Virus record (IMG/VR): IMGVR_UViG_3300027710_000009
DNA: 64,000 bases
Reading direction: 5' to 3' (one strand)
DNA from: a virus
Lineage: Duplodnaviria > Heunggongvirae > Uroviricota > Caudoviricetes
The translations under genes were made by a program, and so were the position numbers. This document shows positions 1 to 11,800 of this stretch, in pieces (position 1 is the first letter of the stretch; each line of letters opens with the position of its first letter). The notes below the pieces were generated by a model that did not search any database, was not told the origin of the DNA, and saw only the letters and a program-made list of their open reading frames with translations.

Positions 1-2461
1 GTTTGATCTGCAATGCACCGCTAGTAAAGTTAAATGATCTTGTACCACTTTGGATAACCAAGTTACCACTGGCTGCACCAAACGGTGTACCATAATATGG
101 GTTAGCAGCCAAAATAGCAGGAGTACCAACTTGACCTTTGGTATCACCGTTTGGTGCTCCACTCCAGGTACCGGATATATTGATATCGGTCTCGCCGTGT
201 GGTTGACCAATGAAAGTATCGCCAAATATGTTTATGCCACCTCTAGATGTAAGTGATCCATACACTGGATCACTGGATATCTTGGTTGGTACATATGGAG
301 TTAAAATACCAGTTGTTGGAGTACCAAGTGCAGCTTCTTTGTTGATAATATAAATGGTTCCTGAGTTATCAGTACCAACGTTCATATCACCACTTACACT
401 CATGCCCACAATAGCTGCCGTATTGCCCAGTACCACGCCGCCGGTTCTAATATCACCTACATCAACGTTTTGTGCATTGTCAATAAACAACCGACCACGT
501 GAACCTATGGTACTACCAGCACCAATGATCACGTTGCCTTCAAGAATTGATCCACCTGCTACTCTAAAAGCCGCAGTGTTTGTGCGGGCCAGTACATTAC
601 CGTCTGAAGCTGATGAGCTATAGTACATCATTGTTCCAGGTACATTTAGTGTACTAGAAACCACAACACCATTGGCAGAACTTGCATCAGCTAGATACAC
701 GTTACCAGCAATACCAGCACCGCCTTTAACTACCAATGCTCCGCTTGCGGTATTGCCACTCAATGATGATGATAGAACATATAATCCAGTTTGTGTAACA
801 CCACCGGTGCCTGGTGCTTGTTGCCCACCAATGTACAAGTTACCACGGATGGCAGCTCCACCACTGACTTGGAATGTACCTGATACTAAGTTGCTGGCAA
901 CAGTTGTGGCATTAGCAAGCAAGTTTCCACCAGCAATAATATTTTTAGCTGTGGCCAAACCGCCTGACAATGCAAACGCCGCAGTAGTCGTATTAGTTGC
1001 TTCAGTTGCTGATGTTAACGCAAATGATCCACCCACAGATAGATTTTCTGCAATACCAACACCACCAGCAACAACCAATGCTCCGGTTTCACTTGATGTA
1101 GATGTGGTAGTTGCATCAATGCTAAATGCTTTGTTGGTGTGCCAACGATCGCGAATGTTTGCAGATAGTGTAGCATCATCTGCAAAATAAAGAATATTTG
1201 CAAATACACCATCTACAATAATACCAGCTGAATTGCTTTGACTTGGAGCCGACGGATCTGCGCCTTGTGCTACTACAATATTTTTGTCGTCAACAGAAAG
1301 TATTGTTGAATTGATAATTGTTTGTACACCGTCAACCTGAACGTTGCCAAGGAACACAACGTTTTGATTTTGGTCAATGGTCATTGCAGGTGCAATGTTT
1401 CCGCCATCACGTTTGGTAGATATAACAATATTACCGCCAAGGCCATAACTGGTGTTCGACCCTGACGCATACATACCAATCAAGGCCATTTGTTGGTAAT
1501 TCTTGTTGCCTGAGCCGTCAGTTCTGTTTGTGTAAGCTAGAGAATTAAAATAGCCAATGTAATCTCCACTGTTAATAACAGTTTCGTTACTGCCATCCCA
1601 GCCAGCACCTGTATCAGTGGTACGACTCTTTGCAACTGAGAAACCAGCTGTTTTCATATCTAGTGGACTGTTACCACTATCAGCAAAGTTCATAAATGAC
1701 GTTATACCGCCACGCACACTGAATGTGTCTGTACCGCTCTTGGTTACTGTGTCAATTCTAGCACTAATTGGGAATAGGTTGCCCCAGCCGAGTCTCAGTG
1801 TTGGTGTGGCATATTCTCCAATGCCCGCCATGTAAAAATTAGGATCACGGAATACTGGATTACCTTTTGTTAGTTCACGAACAAACACAGTAGTCCCAGA
1901 GTCAACAGAACTAAATTCAAAAATATAGTCTCCTGGATCTGTAAATGTAACCAGTTTGCTACTGGCAATAACACGCAAGCCAGGCAAACTGGCAGTGTCG
2001 GTAGTCAGTGTACTTGGCAATTCCAGGGTATTGGTAACACTGGAAATGTTGATGTATAATAAAATTCTTGCATACTGCAATGCTGCTGGAAAGTTTTTAA
2101 TAACTGAGTTGATCTTGATAGCACCTGTAGCATTGATTTTATGAATGTTACCTAGGGCAAGATCAAGCTGGATTTCTGTTGCAGTGGCACCGCCAACTTC
2201 GCCCCAGTCATACACAGTTTCACTCTGGTTTTTAGTTTGAATGTTTTTTACCTGCGAACCCAAAAAGTTGTTGTCTAGCGAACTGCCTGACAGCGCACTC
2301 TTCAAAATTACTTTGGATTGCATGTCTTCAACTTCTTGTTTAATGAAGATGAAGTTGTTTTTGATGTTGGTAAAGTTATCGCGAAAGCCTTGACTGTCAT
2401 TGTCTTGCCCTGCGATAGGGTAATTACCATTAATATTAAACGGGTTTACTAAGCTGGCCAT
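1..2461 (-). CDS. Tail-fibre-like structural protein, N-terminal ~820 aa; gene runs past the left window edge
   Basis: Uninterrupted minus-strand reading frame from ATG at 2459-2461 (overlapping the TAA of the upstream gene) to position 1. It is absent from the ORF track only because no stop lies inside the window. Gly/Ala/Val-rich beta-helix-type repeats such as GALVVAGGVGIAENLSVGG and GALVVKGGAGIAGNVYLAD are typical of phage fibres. Confidence 0.55.
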   Translation of the reverse strand, partial: MASLVNPFNINGNYPIAGQDNDSQGFRDNFTNIKNNFIFIKQEVEDMQSKVILKSALSGSSLDNNFLGSQVKNIQTKNQSETVYDWGEVGGATATEIQLDLALGNIHKINATGAIKINSVIKNFPAALQYARILLYINISSVTNTLELPSTLTTDTASLPGLRVIASSKLVTFTDPGDYIFEFSSVDSGTTVFVRELTKGNPVFRDPNFYMAGIGEYATPTLRLGWGNLFPISARIDTVTKSGTDTFSVRGGITSFMNFADSGNSPLDMKTAGFSVAKSRTTDTGAGWDGSNETVINSGDYIGYFNSLAYTNRTDGSGNKNYQQMALIGMYASGSNTSYGLGGNIVISTKRDGGNIAPAMTIDQNQNVVFLGNVQVDGVQTIINSTILSVDDKNIVVAQGADPSAPSQSNSAGIIVDGVFANILYFADDATLSANIRDRWHTNKAFSIDATTTSTSSETGALVVAGGVGIAENLSVGGSFALTSATEATNTTTAAFALSGGLATAKNIIAGGNLLANATTVASNLVSGTFQVSGGAAIRGNLYIGGQQAPGTGGVTQTGLYVLSSSLSGNTASGALVVKGGAGIAGNVYLADASSANGVVVSSTLNVPGTMMYYSSSASDGNVLARTNTAAFRVAGGSILEGNVIIGAGSTIGSRGRLFIDNAQNVDVGDIRTGGVVLGNTAAIVGMSVSGDMNVGTDNSGTIYIINKEAALGTPTTGILTPYVPTKISSDPVYGSLTSRGGINIFGDTFIGQPHGETDINISGTWSGAPNGDTKGQVGTPAILAANPYYGTPFGAASGNLVIQSGTRSFNFTSGALQIK

Positions 2462-5400
2462 TATCTAAATACTCCGGTTTTGGGGAACTTAAGGTATTTA
2501 TCCAGAGTTCCGGGTTCGGTAAAGTTGTCTCTGTTACTGCTAAAGCGAGTTCCTTCAGTGTCAAAACTAGTGTTTTGTGTGCTGTCGGGCAACAAAGTGC
2601 TGATCAAACTGTATTCTGGTACAGTTTTTCCTGCCTTGATTTGCGGGTCATAGAACAGTTTGCTAGTTTCGCTAGTTACATTAACTACTTGCCCAGGCAG
2701 GACTTGTCGTTGGAATTGTAAAGTTACAATATTATTTGCATTGATTATCACTTTCCAAATTCCAGCACGTTGATTGCTTAGACTGCTATCGCTTGTGCTT
2801 TCAGTATAGCCTGGAATCACAGTGTACTGATCAAAGGTGCTGGTATCAAATCCAAGCGCGGAACCTGGTTCATCACCAAATGTTTCACTGTACAGATTCC
2901 ACCCATCATTCAAGCCACCAAATCCTTCTTGTTGTACAAATATCAATGTATCTCCATCCTGTACTCTATAACCCTGTTCTTCAAGATTACCCACAGCAAC
3001 AAAATTAAACTTGTCAAATGCAATGTTACGCACTGCCCAGTTGACAGTAAAGCTAGGACTTTCACTTAAAATAACACCCGATGCACCAATTGCAACTGGT
3101 GTACTTGCTCCACGGCTGATGCCATTGAGTCTGTTGTTTGTGAATCTATCTGCCACGGTCCACTTGGTTCCTTCCAGGCTAGACACAATGGTTCCTCTAG
3201 CGCCAACCAGGTAAATTACATTATTGATAAATGCAATACTGCGTAGGCTATCGCTGGCACCAACGTTGTATCTGGTCCAGGTATTGCTGTTTTGACTACG
3301 CAGATAAACATATCCTTTGTCTCCAACCGCAATCCATTGTCCAAAGTATGCAACATCGTACAGATTAAGTTCTGTTGTGGTATTGTCCAAGGTCCACGAT
3401 AGTCCATCGTCAGTACTGGTAATAATTTGTCCACCTTCGCCAACAGCAACCCATTGCCCATCATTGTGGGCAACAGAGTTCAAAGTACGGTTTGCTAGGG
3501 TAGCAATAGGCAAACTCCATGTGTTGAGATCGGTGCTACGAATCACAGCACCTTCGTTGCCAACAGCCACATATGTGTATTGTAGATTGTTTCCAGAATA
3601 GTAGCTTCTATGACCAATGGCTTTGAGATCCCCGTACACTAATCCAAGTCGCTGATTCCAGGTTCTTGATCCAATTTCTCTGTCAATGATCAATCCTCGG
3701 TCTCCTACTGCAACAAATCGTTGACCATCAAATATAACATTGGTAAGTGCGACTCCAGTGAGACCAAATTCAATTGTTGAATCTGCACCAAGTCCTATGT
3801 TAGCAGTAATTGGACTGCTTAAAGAAATACTGGTTGAATTTTTTCCAATTATAGTTGTTCCGGCCGACACAACAGTTGGTGTCAAGAATGAAATTGCAAC
3901 ATTGGCCTGTGCTGCCACAGTAGAACTTGTAAAATTCAACGTTAAATTGGCCACTGTGGCATTTCCGGCAATCTCTGATAGTATAGCACTTGCTGGTAGC
4001 CCTGGTCCTACCACACGCATGCCTCGAAATATATCACCATTGATTGCACTGTAGGGAACAGTGATATACAAGGTGTTTCCGGCTGGATTCAAAGCGGCCC
4101 AATGTGCGTTGTTTGTGGTGTTGCTTTCTGTGCTCACAGCAAAAATTTCAGTTCCCAACGACAGTTGGTCAGTGTTACTAAAATACAGTGTGGTTGCCCC
4201 AACAGTTGCAGGCGCAGTGAGTCTGTGCGTGAATTCAATCTCGGTATTACGCAACACCAAACTGTTTGATGCTTCACTTAGTTCTGCATAGGTAAACAAC
4301 GACTGCGTGGTTGTTGCTGTGGGAATTGCGGTGAGCCTTGGATAAAATCCTGTTGTGACATTGCCCAGGCTGGTGAATGTAATTTGAGAATTACCAGCTG
4401 GGGTTGTTCCAGTGGTGGTTAGTATTTCAATTTGACCTTGCAAGTTGTCAAAAGTTACTTTTGTTCCACTTGGAATTTGATAGGTTGTGACATTGCTGAG
4501 TGTCACTGTCAATCCAATATTAGCAGTAACCACAGCGGCATTTGCAATATCAATGCCTCTAACAATAACTCCGTAGCCGGCACTTAGATTAGTAACATTG
4601 TCAACAAATAAAACACTGGTACCAGCTGATGTTATGTTGCTTGTGGTAGCATAATATCTTCCGCCACCTCTGTAGTCAATGAATTCTAGCCCTGTGCCAC
4701 TGGGCAAAGCATTTGCAAGATTAGCACTTAATCTCACAGCATTGTCAACTGAATTTATATAACAACGAGTATCTGTTTCAAATACTGATGATTGTAATAC
4801 TTCGTCATCAATACTGATCTTTGATGTGTATGGCAATACTATTGTTGTGCCACCAATTGCAAGATTTGATATCAATGCTGATGCGTAACTTAAACTAATC
4901 CTTTGTGATTCAATATTCCAGTTTGTACCGCTGGTACTAACTAGCACTCTGCTGTCTCGACCCACAGCAACATAAGATCCGGATCCATAAACAATACTCA
5001 GCAGGTCTGTACTAATACCACTATCGCGGTTGATCCATGCGCCTTTTTCGACAATACCTGCACTAGGGATCCTGTCAAATGTTGTTGTTTGACTTGGAAC
5101 AAAACTTCCACTTTCGGGATCGTAGTTGACGCTGAGAGTTCTATCCCACTGATATCTATCTGCAACAAACTTAAAGGTGTTCATAATGTCTACCACACCA
5201 TATCCGCTTTGTGTTAGTGCGGCTGTGTAACGATAGAGTAATTTATCACCTTGTCCGGGTTTGGCATATGCTAGTACTAGTCCACGAACAAATCCCAGCG
5301 GAACTCCGGTACTGGGTTGAATACTCTGCATCCATTCGGGCAAAGCACCTTGAAACTCGTAGCCAATGCCTTGTTCAATTTCATTTTGCATATTTGCAAA

Positions 5401-8400
5401 TGAGTTAGAATAAACCTGTGTGTCTCCAATGATTTGTGGATCAGTCACCAATCCAAAGTCTTCGTTTCGTGTCACGCTGTCTGCCACGTACTGAAAATCA
5501 TCTGACGTCAAAACTGGATCATCTACAGATCCAAGCACTCTTGGTTGCCCACTAGGTAATGCAACTGTGGTTCCTGGAAGATTTTTGTTGTTGTAGTCAA
5601 ACACTTCAACGTATAAAACTTCATACTTGACATCACCATTGGTGTATCTGGCCACTGCTTTTTTAATTGTGCCAAAATTAATCTTTTTATCGTAGTGATA
5701 ATTGGACATTGCATCTACAAATGCTGATGCAGTTTCTGCACGAATACCTGCTTGGACCAGCATGGTCAAGTCTAGATGTATTCCATAATACGGATCTCCA
5801 AGCCTATAGATAATATCCTCACTGCTGAGTCTTTCGTCAGTTACGATTGAACGAAATACTTGGCGCAGTGCTGCCGGCAACAGAGCCTTTAGATAAAGAT
5901 TTTCGTAGGGCTTCTTGTTTACATTTGTAACTGTAAGAGTAAATTCTTTTTCGTCGTAGACTGACCCAGTGGCGTCCTGAGCTATCACAGTAAACACATA
6001 TTTGCTGTCATAGGTATTACTTTCACTATCAAAAGTAATTTCGCTGTTTCTACGATCCATGCTAAAGTAGTCAAAGGTAGTTCGTCCACTGAGTAATCCG
6101 TTGCTCTGTAAATTAAGCCCTTGCGGAACACGCAGATACTGTCCACTTTTTACTTTGTAGGTCAGTGTACTATTTTTATTGGTTGATGCTTCGATAGCAA
6201 CACTGCTGATCTGACCATTGTCAATGGTGCCAAGATCACTGGGTGATAGCCAAGTAACAGTTTCTTTAATGTCACTCAGTACAGTAATGCTGAATTTAAC
6301 TGGTTGACTGCGACGAATACTGGTTGTTGATTGAGAAATTGGAACTTCAACATAGGCCGTTACAGTAAATTCGTAAGTGCTTTCTGCTTGTGTTACTGTG
6401 CCAATTCTTCCAAGTAGCCAACCGGTGTCGCCATCTAGGAAAATTCCTCCTGGTAAACTTAAATCAGTTTGGTCAAAGCTACGATCGTCGTATGGCACCA
6501 CGGTAAAGAATCGATTATTATCGTCGGGATTGGGACTGGCTCCTTGATCAAACCTTGCAGGGCCTCCTGCATTTACACTCCATTTGACTTCTAAGTTGGG
6601 ATTAGAAATATACGACTGAAATTGATATGCATATTGTTGTCCTTGTCGCACTGGTGGCAACGTGGTACTGGCAGTAACAATGCTTGGATATTGGTAGCCG
6701 TCTCGGTCCGCAGTGTAACGAGTAGAGTCAGCGGTAATTAATTCATTGTCAACAAGGAAATAAGTTTTGTCGTATATGCCCAGACGATATCGTTGATCAA
6801 CATAGTTAATGCCATCAAAAATACGAAGATTGAAAAGATACACACGACTGTCTGCCGCACCTTCAAAATCATAAACAAATTGATCATACCGCCCAACATC
6901 ATATGCCGCTGTACCAACATCGCCAGGTCTGGCCGGCGCTTGTGCAAATCCACTAATACGGCCAGTTTGATCAATTACCAATCCTGGCGGCAACGAACCT
7001 TGCGATACTTGCCATTGCAGTATTCCAGTAGGACTGATTTCAAGTGCGTTAATTTTTATGTCAACATAATCACCATCAAAGTAATAACCAAGATTTTCTC
7101 TACCTGATTTAGTTAGTGATGTAATTGTACAACTTGCCGCAACTGTGTTACCGCCAGTGATGCCAATGGTAGGCAATGAAGTATAGCCAGTGCCGGAACT
7201 TACCAAACCAACAGCTTTAATAGCTCCGTTGGCGTGAAGATACACTTTGCCAGCAACAGCAGGTTCTCCGCCTATGATGTCTGGATCGCTAATTGCTATA
7301 CTCACATTGGTAGAAAAGTATCCTAATCCAATGTTTGTAAACGCAAGATCAATATTGCCAATTGTTTGTCCAACACCTTCGCCTCTAATACCAGTTGTGA
7401 GAATCTGTGGAGGAACAATGTTGTTGATAGAAATAACAAAAGTTCTATCTGCAATTTGACCAATGGTATTTGTTGCACGAACAGTAAAAGAATATTCTCT
7501 TACGTCACTAACGCCTATGGTAGTGACTGAGGGGAAACCATAAATTAGTCCATCTCTGCGCAGTTGAATGCCAATTGGCAAACTACCGCTGAGTATGGTA
7601 TAGGTCAAGGTTGACGGAGCTGGTTCAATATTTGCCACACCAGGTATGTCATCTGGCGTGATGTCACCGTAGTAATTTGGGCCTACCATGTAAGGATACA
7701 CTGGTTCACTATTCACATCTTCTGTTGAAAAGTATGCGTAAGTTCCTGCAGGAAACTCAGGAGTCACACAATATCTGCCATTGCTAGGATCCAAGCTGGT
7801 TCCTTGCGGAGCGGTATACTGATAGTCTTCAACAAACACACCAATTGGCCAATATGCTGATAATCTAACTCCTGGTCGAATTTCTGTTGGCAAGACTTGG
7901 TTGAGCAATATTTCGTTGTTGTATACTGCAATAATTCTTATCTTGTCTTCAGGCCATGGACCGCGTATGCGTTGTCCAGGAAATAGTCCTGTGGTTTCAG
8001 TCACAGGAACTTTTGCAAATTCATAGCGTCCTGAGGGTATTTTTACAGCGGCAGGTCGTGGACGATTGTCACTGGCCACAGCAGTATAACCTGACTGCAT
8101 TCTAACAATAGCACTTGCAGACATTGGATTGATATATCCATATGGACCATATATAGGATAACCGTCAGCGGCCCAGCCTATTATCTTGCTGTGTCCATTG
8201 GCATGACGATATCCGTCTTTCCATTGATCTATGTTACCCCAGGCATTGCTGTTGATAAATTTTGTGTCATGATAATGATACATACCGTTTGGCTGTGGGT
8301 ATCCGCCAAATTGGTCTTCACCAAATATATCTGCAACATTGGCATTCACGTTCCATACTGTGTTGTTTAGTCCTGGGACACGTATATCCGCAGCCGGTCC

Positions 8401-8793
8401 AAATAATACCACGCCAACTGCACTGATGCCAATTGGACCCAATGGTAATGGAGTAAATGTTTCTGCTACTTTGTTGCGGCCACCGCGATAGGGATACTGT
8501 GCATCAATTGGCTGAGCAGTGATGCGATTGGGATTTTGATCATTAGGAAATGCTCCGACACTGGCAAAACCTGGTAAATTCAACGACTGTACTTGCCAAC
8601 GAGTTTTGTTGGTTTCAATTTCAACAGTTACTTGATTGGGAATACCGTTGCCAGTCAGGCTGTTTCTAGGATCAAACCCTAGATCAGAATCCGGAGCCAG
8701 TGGATCATCAGCTTCCAACAGGAAGCTGAATTCTACATTTTCTGGATATGTGCCAAGATCTCCTTGCGGAGTGACCCATGTTATTTTTGCCAT
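2461..8793 (-). CDS. Giant virion structural protein (2110 aa) with BNR/Asp-box beta-propeller repeats; possible glycosidase tail spike
   Basis: Single 6.3-kb ORF. Repeated S-x-D-x-G-x-(T/S)-W motifs (STSGTNWNIE, STDLNTWSL, STDDGLSWTL, SQNSNTWTR, SLEGTKWTV) are characteristic of BNR/sialidase propellers. Its start is preceded by CATAAATAC. Translationally coupled to the downstream fibre gene. Confidence 0.6.
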   Translation of the reverse strand: MAKITWVTPQGDLGTYPENVEFSFLLEADDPLAPDSDLGFDPRNSLTGNGIPNQVTVEIETNKTRWQVQSLNLPGFASVGAFPNDQNPNRITAQPIDAQYPYRGGRNKVAETFTPLPLGPIGISAVGVVLFGPAADIRVPGLNNTVWNVNANVADIFGEDQFGGYPQPNGMYHYHDTKFINSNAWGNIDQWKDGYRHANGHSKIIGWAADGYPIYGPYGYINPMSASAIVRMQSGYTAVASDNRPRPAAVKIPSGRYEFAKVPVTETTGLFPGQRIRGPWPEDKIRIIAVYNNEILLNQVLPTEIRPGVRLSAYWPIGVFVEDYQYTAPQGTSLDPSNGRYCVTPEFPAGTYAYFSTEDVNSEPVYPYMVGPNYYGDITPDDIPGVANIEPAPSTLTYTILSGSLPIGIQLRRDGLIYGFPSVTTIGVSDVREYSFTVRATNTIGQIADRTFVISINNIVPPQILTTGIRGEGVGQTIGNIDLAFTNIGLGYFSTNVSIAISDPDIIGGEPAVAGKVYLHANGAIKAVGLVSSGTGYTSLPTIGITGGNTVAASCTITSLTKSGRENLGYYFDGDYVDIKINALEISPTGILQWQVSQGSLPPGLVIDQTGRISGFAQAPARPGDVGTAAYDVGRYDQFVYDFEGAADSRVYLFNLRIFDGINYVDQRYRLGIYDKTYFLVDNELITADSTRYTADRDGYQYPSIVTASTTLPPVRQGQQYAYQFQSYISNPNLEVKWSVNAGGPARFDQGASPNPDDNNRFFTVVPYDDRSFDQTDLSLPGGIFLDGDTGWLLGRIGTVTQAESTYEFTVTAYVEVPISQSTTSIRRSQPVKFSITVLSDIKETVTWLSPSDLGTIDNGQISSVAIEASTNKNSTLTYKVKSGQYLRVPQGLNLQSNGLLSGRTTFDYFSMDRRNSEITFDSESNTYDSKYVFTVIAQDATGSVYDEKEFTLTVTNVNKKPYENLYLKALLPAALRQVFRSIVTDERLSSEDIIYRLGDPYYGIHLDLTMLVQAGIRAETASAFVDAMSNYHYDKKINFGTIKKAVARYTNGDVKYEVLYVEVFDYNNKNLPGTTVALPSGQPRVLGSVDDPVLTSDDFQYVADSVTRNEDFGLVTDPQIIGDTQVYSNSFANMQNEIEQGIGYEFQGALPEWMQSIQPSTGVPLGFVRGLVLAYAKPGQGDKLLYRYTAALTQSGYGVVDIMNTFKFVADRYQWDRTLSVNYDPESGSFVPSQTTTFDRIPSAGIVEKGAWINRDSGISTDLLSIVYGSGSYVAVGRDSRVLVSTSGTNWNIESQRISLSYASALISNLAIGGTTIVLPYTSKISIDDEVLQSSVFETDTRCYINSVDNAVRLSANLANALPSGTGLEFIDYRGGGRYYATTSNITSAGTSVLFVDNVTNLSAGYGVIVRGIDIANAAVVTANIGLTVTLSNVTTYQIPSGTKVTFDNLQGQIEILTTTGTTPAGNSQITFTSLGNVTTGFYPRLTAIPTATTTQSLFTYAELSEASNSLVLRNTEIEFTHRLTAPATVGATTLYFSNTDQLSLGTEIFAVSTESNTTNNAHWAALNPAGNTLYITVPYSAINGDIFRGMRVVGPGLPASAILSEIAGNATVANLTLNFTSSTVAAQANVAISFLTPTVVSAGTTIIGKNSTSISLSSPITANIGLGADSTIEFGLTGVALTNVIFDGQRFVAVGDRGLIIDREIGSRTWNQRLGLVYGDLKAIGHRSYYSGNNLQYTYVAVGNEGAVIRSTDLNTWSLPIATLANRTLNSVAHNDGQWVAVGEGGQIITSTDDGLSWTLDNTTTELNLYDVAYFGQWIAVGDKGYVYLRSQNSNTWTRYNVGASDSLRSIAFINNVIYLVGARGTIVSSLEGTKWTVADRFTNNRLNGISRGASTPVAIGASGVILSESPSFTVNWAVRNIAFDKFNFVAVGNLEEQGYRVQDGDTLIFVQQEGFGGLNDGWNLYSETFGDEPGSALGFDTSTFDQYTVIPGYTESTSDSSLSNQRAGIWKVIINANNIVTLQFQRQVLPGQVVNVTSETSKLFYDPQIKAGKTVPEYSLISTLLPDSTQNTSFDTEGTRFSSNRDNFTEPGTLDKYLKFPKTGVFR

Positions 8794-8807
8794 GTGTGTT
8801 CCATTTT

Positions 8808-8820
8808 ATGTATTTATGGA
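8808..8820 (-). promoter_or_regulatory. Putative T4-type late promoter (CATAAATAC) upstream of the 2110-aa structural gene
   Basis: Minus-strand motif TTCCATAAATACAT lies 18 nt upstream of the ATG at 8793. Confidence 0.4.
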
Positions 8821-8833
8821 ACTGAAAAACGTA

Positions 8834-11800
8834 TTAGGCCTGCGCTTCGTTCCATCGTAGCGTCAAACTCACATTTCCCATGATTCTAGGTGGTTGCGTA
8901 CCAGTTGGATAAAGTGCTAGAGTGATGTACAAGCTGTCAGATCCATTTGGAAACGTACCACGTCCGCCCACAGCACTCTGCGTCAATTCCTTGATTCCTG
9001 TCAAATCCAATTGATTCAATTGTCCTGGACTTGCAATAAATTCAAAGATTTTTTCGCCCGGTGCTGCAGATGTGCCAGAACTGAAACTAGGAACTTCTGC
9101 AATTTGTGTAAAACTAGGCTGGTTACCAGTGGCTGTTTTGTTTAACACAGTCCAGGTTTCGTTGTTTGAATAATTGCTGGGATTCAAAATTCCCTGTACA
9201 AGAATAGCAGAGTTAGCTTCAATTACACAATTAGCTTGAACTGCACTACGCACACCATCAGTCACTGAGGCATTGCCCACTGTGACGTCAATGTTTTGTA
9301 GCAACAATTGAGCACGGTTAAGCAATTCACGCACACCCAAGTCTCCAACCAATCCGTTGGACGCACTAGGGGCAAGCCTAATACCAAATGCTGAGCTTTG
9401 TGTAGAAGTAATTGGTGTTGACGCTCTAGTATACGAGAACGCATAACCACGATCTAGATCAAAACCGCCGTCCATGATATATGAACTACCCCAGTGACTC
9501 ATGTTTGGACTGGCTGTTAAACTTACTAGTTCTATACCCGATCCTGAAGCATGGGATTGCGGAACTGGTCGACCGTGGATGGTTCTATAAGAGCCTCCAA
9601 TAAACACGTTGGCCGCCGCACAACGAGTCAAGCTGTTGAGAATTGGAAATGGTAAATCGTTGCGATTGATGCTGGCATATCTAATTAACTCATAGTTCAT
9701 GTAGATAAAACCAGTGTCTGGCAAGAAACTAGCATCACTTACTGCACAACTACTGGAAGCAGGATCAAGTCCACCAATGGTTTTCAACTGTACCACACCA
9801 TTGGATGCTTCATTGTTAACTTCATAGCGAACTGGTAAGTTGGCTGAACGCATAGAAGCAGTTACGTTCACGTTGTTTTGTTTCATGCGGTGCAGGATAA
9901 TAAAATTACCATCGCTGCCACGTACCATAAAATCCATAAAACCAGCACCGTACCAGGTAAACTGAATACCAATCATCTGCATGTGGTTAGGATCCATCTT
10001 ATAACCTGACGGTCCTGTGCCGTCTGCAGGATCGTAGTTAAAGTCTGCTTGCTTCACACGTACTTCTTGCACTTTGAACATGTAGTTACCACTGGTTGTT
10101 GTTGCACCACGATAGTCTGGAGTAACAGAAATACTAGTTGCAGAAGTAATAAAGTTTACCTTGTGAACCATGCCTTTGATGACCACACGATCACCAATTT
10201 TCAATTGATTGGTCCACAATGATCCAATACCAGTTAGTGCATTTGAATCTGGTGTAAATGTCACAGTACCTGCCAATTGAAGCGTACTAGTACGCTTGAC
10301 AACGTTGAAGTTTTGTCCGTCATATTCAAAGAACATACCATTGGCGTCATCATGTGGGCCTGTACGAATACATGCACCATTCCACTGATACATATACAGT
10401 TTAGGCACGCCTGCGATATCGGCAGCTGATCCAGTGATCAACTGAGAGGCAAGCACATTAAGTTGTACATCGCTTTCTACACTTAGAACAGTGTATTGTG
10501 CATTAAATCCAGACGAAGTTGCAGAATCCACGCAACCAGTAACTCGCACAACTGCACCAATTTGGCAACCGTGTGGAATAGCTGTGGTGATACGCAGGAT
10601 TGCAGAACCTGCACCTTGTGCAGGTGGGTTGGTAATTACAATACTGGTAATGTCATAGTTTGGCGCAAACAGTACACCAGTGGTGTACAACAAGCCCTTA
10701 CCAGACTGATACCGAAAGTATTTTTTGCTTTGACGAGTTGTACTTGCACCATGTATGGCACTTGCTGTGCCCATGAGCACACCACCATCTCCAGGACGAT
10801 GTGTAAAGAATCCGTCGTTGCGTGTGTAGACTGTTAACAAGTTGCTGCCGTTTGGGGCCACTGTGCTAGGAATGTTTACCAGTCCGCGAGCAGTAAATTC
10901 CACAGTGCTTGGAGTAGGAATTGAGTTGGCATAATATGACCCAATCAAATTTGTAAATTGATTTGAGTTGAATGCTGGATCACCACCAATCAGCAATGGC
11001 ATGCCTGGCACAAAACCATGCGAGGAGCCAAAGGTAATTGTTACTGAACTTGGAGTTCCGTTGTTGCTAGTAAACTGAGAGACTGACAGATTGGCACCAG
11101 AGAAAAAACCACCTTTTCTTATGATTATACGAGGACTTATGATACTGGTTCCTGCGCCTGCCAGTGGAGTGACTTGTCCTTTGGCATAGTAAGTAAACGA
11201 AGTAACACCAGTATTACTAGCAAGAATAGTTGTTCCTTGTGCTCGAGTAAATCCAGTAGTATTGACGTCAATGCCTTGTACAGTAATTGGATCGTTAATG
11301 TTCATGCCATGACCGCTGCTGGTGGTAACAGTGATCAAACTTGGAATAGCGTTGTCTGATGTGATGTCACTGATGTTTAATTCTGAACCAGGAATTTCGT
11401 ACACACTAGGATACTGCTGAACAAGCTCAAAGCCTTGCCATTTGGTGGCTTGTAGTCCGTATTCAAAGTCAGCGTCAATCTGTGATTGGGGGTTGGCCAC
11501 ACGCTGACGTTCAATTGCGTCAGTGCCAAAGTCATTCCATGCACGAACCATTTGATATGCTTCTTCAACGAAGATACTCAGTTCATCATTGGCGCTGTGT
11601 CCTGTGGTGCTTATTCCGTCAAATCTAATTGTGGTTTCACCTTGGCCTGGTGTATTTTGTATAACCGCAGTGCCTACTACACCGCTGCCAATTGGAACAT
11701 CGTCGTAGGTTACAACAGATGAATCTGCCGTTGTAGTTTTAATACCACCGGGTTTGTATGTTACAGTAACCGCTGTGTTCTGTGTGTCGGCAAAGTTGTA